From: an uncultured bacterium
GTDB taxonomy: Bacteria > Krumholzibacteriota > Krumholzibacteriia > LZORAL124-64-63
NCBI GenBank assembly: GCA_963727525.1
Contig: CAVSGO010000007.1
Coordinates: forward strand, 1,696,001-1,760,000
Length of the DNA: 64,000 nt
Reading direction: 5' to 3'
The first letter of the stretch is position 1, and each line of letters begins with the position of its first letter. The translations under genes were made by a program, and so were the position numbers. The notes beneath the pieces are model-generated. The model saw nothing but the letters and a program-made list of their open reading frames with translations, was not told where the DNA came from and ran no database searches. Positions 60,870 to 64,000 of the stretch are shown here, piece after piece.

Positions 60870-63455
60870 TCAGCGGTCGAGGATGGCGCGCACCCGCGTG
60901 AGCAACTCATGCGCCCGGAAGGGCTTCTGCAGCAAGTCCCCTGTCACCTTGAACATGTACTCCGACTCGAGCACGCTGGCGGGATGGCCGCTGCAGAACA
61001 GTACCGGCACCGCGGGCTTCAGCTCGCGAATGTTCTCGAAGAGCGCGCGGCCATCCATGCGCGGCATGACCACGTCGAGCATCAACAGCTTCACCTCGGC
61101 GGCGTGCGCCATGAACAGCTCGAGAGCATCCTCGCCGTCGCGGGCCGCGATCACCTCGTAACCCGCATCCTCGAGCATGTGAGTGGTGAGGTGTCGGATC
61201 AGATCGTCGTCGTCCACGAGCAGGATCAGCTCACCGTGCCCGCGCGGCCCGGAGGCGGTGCCGGTCACCGCGGGCTCGGCCACCGTCACCGCCATCACCG
61301 GCAGGTAGATCGTGAAAACGGTGCCGCGATCCAGCTCGCTCTCGAAGTCGATGTACCCCTGATGCTGCTTCATGATGGAGTACGCGGTGGCGAGCCCCAG
61401 GCCCGTGCCGTACCCGAACCCCTTGGTGGTGTAGAACGGTTCGTACACGTGGTCGCGCGCCGCGATGGGGATGCCGCACCCGTCGTCGCGGACGGACACG
61501 CGCACGTAGCGGCCGGGACGCGCCCAGGGGCGCGTGATGCGGAATGCCTGATCGATCTCGAAATTGGCGGTCTCGATCGTGACGGTGCCCTCGCCGGGCA
61601 ATGCGTCCCGGGCATTGAGCACCAGGTTCATCAGGACCTGTTCCATCTGGCGCGGATCGGCGTACACCGGTGCCAGGTCGGGCGTCTTGTGCACCTCGAC
61701 ACGGATGCCCGGCCCCAGCACCGAGGCGAGCAGGCGCACGAGTGCCGCCACGGCATGGTCGAGATCGACGACCTGAGGATTGATACTCTCGCGCCGACTA
61801 TACGTGAGGAGCTGTCGCACCAGCTCGATAGCGCTGCTGCTCGCCGCGCTGATATGCCCGATGGCCTCAGCGCCGGCACTGTCCTCATCAAAGGAGCGCT
61901 CGAGCAGCTCGGCGTAACCCTGGATCACCTGCAGCAGGTTGCTGAACTCGTGGGCCACGGCGCCGGCCAGCCGTCCCACGGCTTCCATCTTCTGCGCCTG
62001 GCGGAGCTGCACCTCCAGCTCGTGCCGCTGGGTGATGTCCTGCAGGAACGAGTAGATCTCCTGCTCGCCCGTCACCGGATTGGCCGCCAGGCTGGCCGAG
62101 ATGTCCGCCGCGAAGAGCGAGCCGTCGGCGCGGCGCAGCTCGCCTGTCATGCGAGTCCACCCCTCCGCCGAACCGAACAGGCGCTGGATCAACGCGTGGC
62201 GCTGCTGGCCATCGTTGTGCACGATCGCCACGCCGCCGGCGGCGTTCACTTCACGGGTCATGCTCTGCACATCGGCGTAGCCCAGCATCTCGGCCATGGC
62301 CGGGTTCGCGAAGCGCAGCCGGCCGTCGCGCGTCGTGATGGCGATGCCCAAATGGGCCGCCGCGAAGAGGTTGCGGTAGATCGCGTCGCTGTCGCGTAAG
62401 GCCGCCTCGGCCTGCTTGCGCTCGGTGATGTCCTCGGCTACGCCCACCACGAGCGGGCGCCCCTCCGCCGACGTGTCCACCAGCACCGTGCGCGCGTGCA
62501 GCCAGCGTACGTCGCCGTCGGGCCGCACGATGCGGAACTCGTGGTCCAGGGCGCTGAACCGTTCGATGGCAGCCTTGAGCGCACCGGCCAGGGTCTCGCG
62601 GTCCTCGTGGTGAGCCATGTCGAGCCACACGGTAAGGCCCTGCTGCATGATGACGTCGCGCGGCAATCCGGTCACCGATTCGAAGGCGGGATTGAGGTAG
62701 AGGATCTCGTCGCGCGAACGCAGCCACACGATCTCGCGCATGCCCTCGGTGATGTAGCGTAGGCGCTGCTCGCTCTCGTTCAGGGCGCGCGACGTCTCGC
62801 GCGACGCCGTCACATCGCGCGAGACGCAGACCACCTCGGGCTGACCCGGCACATCGGCCGACTCGCCCACGTGCGCCACCGTCTCCAGCCACACGATCTT
62901 GCCGTCGCCGCGCTGAATCTGTACATCGAGCCGGTCGGCGTCGCCCCGCGTCACGAGGTCGCGCCAGCGACGGGCCAGGTCGTCGGCACCGATCACCGCG
63001 AGCCCCGCCGTAGGTGTGCGCCGCCCCACCAGATCGGCCGGCGCCACGCCGAGCACCTCTCGGCAGGCCGGCGATGCGTAGAGCACGGTACCGTCGGCCG
63101 CGTGGCGCGAGAACAGGTCGCCCGCCGCCTCGAACTGCAGTAGCAGATGCTGCTGGCGCTCCCGCAAGCGCTCGAGCATCCGCACACGCCGGTGCATGTA
63201 CCACGCAAGCAGCACGCCGCCCGCGAGCCAAAGGGCGACGTACCCTGTACGCAGCGCCAGGTGCAGGGGCGGCACGTCGGTGATCAGGGCACCCATGAAG
63301 CTGAGCGACTCGTGGCCGGGCACGGCCACCTGGCACGTACGGCAACCCAGATAGAGGAAGAGCGCGTCGAGAACCCAGTGGGCCAACCCCAGGGCCAGGG
63401 CAACGGGCAGTACGCGACGCAGCAGGAGCTTCAAGACGTCGTCCTCACGATTCAT
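60870..63455 (-). CDS. Membrane-anchored multi-PAS hybrid histidine kinase with receiver domain
   Basis: Two TM helices, three [47 protein letters not shown]...LDVVMP...KPF. Confidence 0.92.
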   Translation of the reverse strand: MNREDDVLKLLLRRVLPVALALGLAHWVLDALFLYLGCRTCQVAVPGHESLSFMGALITDVPPLHLALRTGYVALWLAGGVLLAWYMHRRVRMLERLRERQQHLLLQFEAAGDLFSRHAADGTVLYASPACREVLGVAPADLVGRRTPTAGLAVIGADDLARRWRDLVTRGDADRLDVQIQRGDGKIVWLETVAHVGESADVPGQPEVVCVSRDVTASRETSRALNESEQRLRYITEGMREIVWLRSRDEILYLNPAFESVTGLPRDVIMQQGLTVWLDMAHHEDRETLAGALKAAIERFSALDHEFRIVRPDGDVRWLHARTVLVDTSAEGRPLVVGVAEDITERKQAEAALRDSDAIYRNLFAAAHLGIAITTRDGRLRFANPAMAEMLGYADVQSMTREVNAAGGVAIVHNDGQQRHALIQRLFGSAEGWTRMTGELRRADGSLFAADISASLAANPVTGEQEIYSFLQDITQRHELEVQLRQAQKMEAVGRLAGAVAHEFSNLLQVIQGYAELLERSFDEDSAGAEAIGHISAASSSAIELVRQLLTYSRRESINPQVVDLDHAVAALVRLLASVLGPGIRVEVHKTPDLAPVYADPRQMEQVLMNLVLNARDALPGEGTVTIETANFEIDQAFRITRPWARPGRYVRVSVRDDGCGIPIAARDHVYEPFYTTKGFGYGTGLGLATAYSIMKQHQGYIDFESELDRGTVFTIYLPVMAVTVAEPAVTGTASGPRGHGELILLVDDDDLIRHLTTHMLEDAGYEVIAARDGEDALELFMAHAAEVKLLMLDVVMPRMDGRALFENIRELKPAVPVLFCSGHPASVLESEYMFKVTGDLLQKPFRAHELLTRVRAILDR

Positions 63456-63639
63456 GGGGATCGGTCGGGCTCGCTTTCCCGGACAAAAACTGAATAGTCG
63501 ATTTCCCGGGAAACGCACCCCCATTCGTGGCCGGCAAGGCCTGCGTTGCTGCCCGTGGGCCCGATCTGGTATCCTTGGGAGGTCGCCATGCACCCGTCGC
63601 CGGCCGGCGCCGGTGACCCGCCCCGTCCGGGAGACCGCC

Positions 63640-64000
63640 ATGCGCCGAATCCTGACCGTCATCGTCCTGTTGCTCGCCGGCATCGCCGCCGCCACCCCGG
63701 CAGCCGACCGCAGCCTCGTGCTCGTGCGCACCGACGAGGGGGGTGGCCGGGCCGTCACCAGCAAGGGCCTCATGCTGGTGGCCCCGGTGCCCGGCGGCTA
63801 CCTGGCGCTCCTCGGCGCCGACGAGAGGGCGCACCTCGACGGCTGGGGAGTCGCCCATACGGTGGTCGCCGCGCACGACGATCCCGCCGACGCGTATATC
63901 GTGCAGTACGACGCGGCCAACGACCACGGCCCGTCACTGCCGCCGACCGCGACGACGCTCTTCACCGGCGAGGGCTACCGCATTGTGCGGCTGCCCGCTG
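63640..64000 (+). CDS. Secreted protein, N-terminal fragment; runs off the right edge
   Basis: GGGAG RBS, MRRILTVIVLLLAGIAAATPAA signal peptide, frame open to the window end. Confidence 0.7.
   Translation, partial: MRRILTVIVLLLAGIAAATPAADRSLVLVRTDEGGGRAVTSKGLMLVAPVPGGYLALLGADERAHLDGWGVAHTVVAAHDDPADAYIVQYDAANDHGPSLPPTATTLFTGEGYRIVRLPA

Overview
High-GC bacterial chromosomal segment with mostly minus-strand genes. Secreted proteins ending in WGxxKxxF or in a T9SS/FlgD-like domain suggest an FCB-group candidate phylum such as Krumholzibacteriota or Latescibacterota (inference). From left to right the window holds: a fusA-ATPase-yggS-divIVA-PNP-ileS housekeeping block; a sulfatase-like gene and a GT-C/TPR gene; kbl; fba; tmRNA; ovoA; gdhA; a eukaryote-like fatty acid 2-hydroxylase; three PEP-synthase/dikinase-like ATP-grasp genes interleaved with a second glutamate dehydrogenase and abutting a metallophosphoesterase; an ECF sigma/anti-sigma pair; secreted beta-helix proteins; a saccharopine (LKR-SDH-ALDH7) operon; an IS1/IS1595-like element; a PilZ gene; glgX; a TonB receptor/secreted protein/DUF3450-ExbBD-TonB-TPR uptake locus; a cysteine desulfurase; an outer-membrane barrel; and a PAS hybrid kinase. 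Best candidates for undescribed biology: (1) the GDH-linked dikinase-like module, which combines REC/GAF-like inputs, a shared SxG[TS]HFF His motif and a fused nucleotidyltransferase; (2) three promoters in the TonB locus with identical architecture (4 x 11-bp repeat, 10 nt, -10 box), one followed by a structured ~270-nt leader; (3) a GC-skew inversion centred on the IS that extends into the flanking host genes. All calls come from motif reading by eye; no database searches were run.
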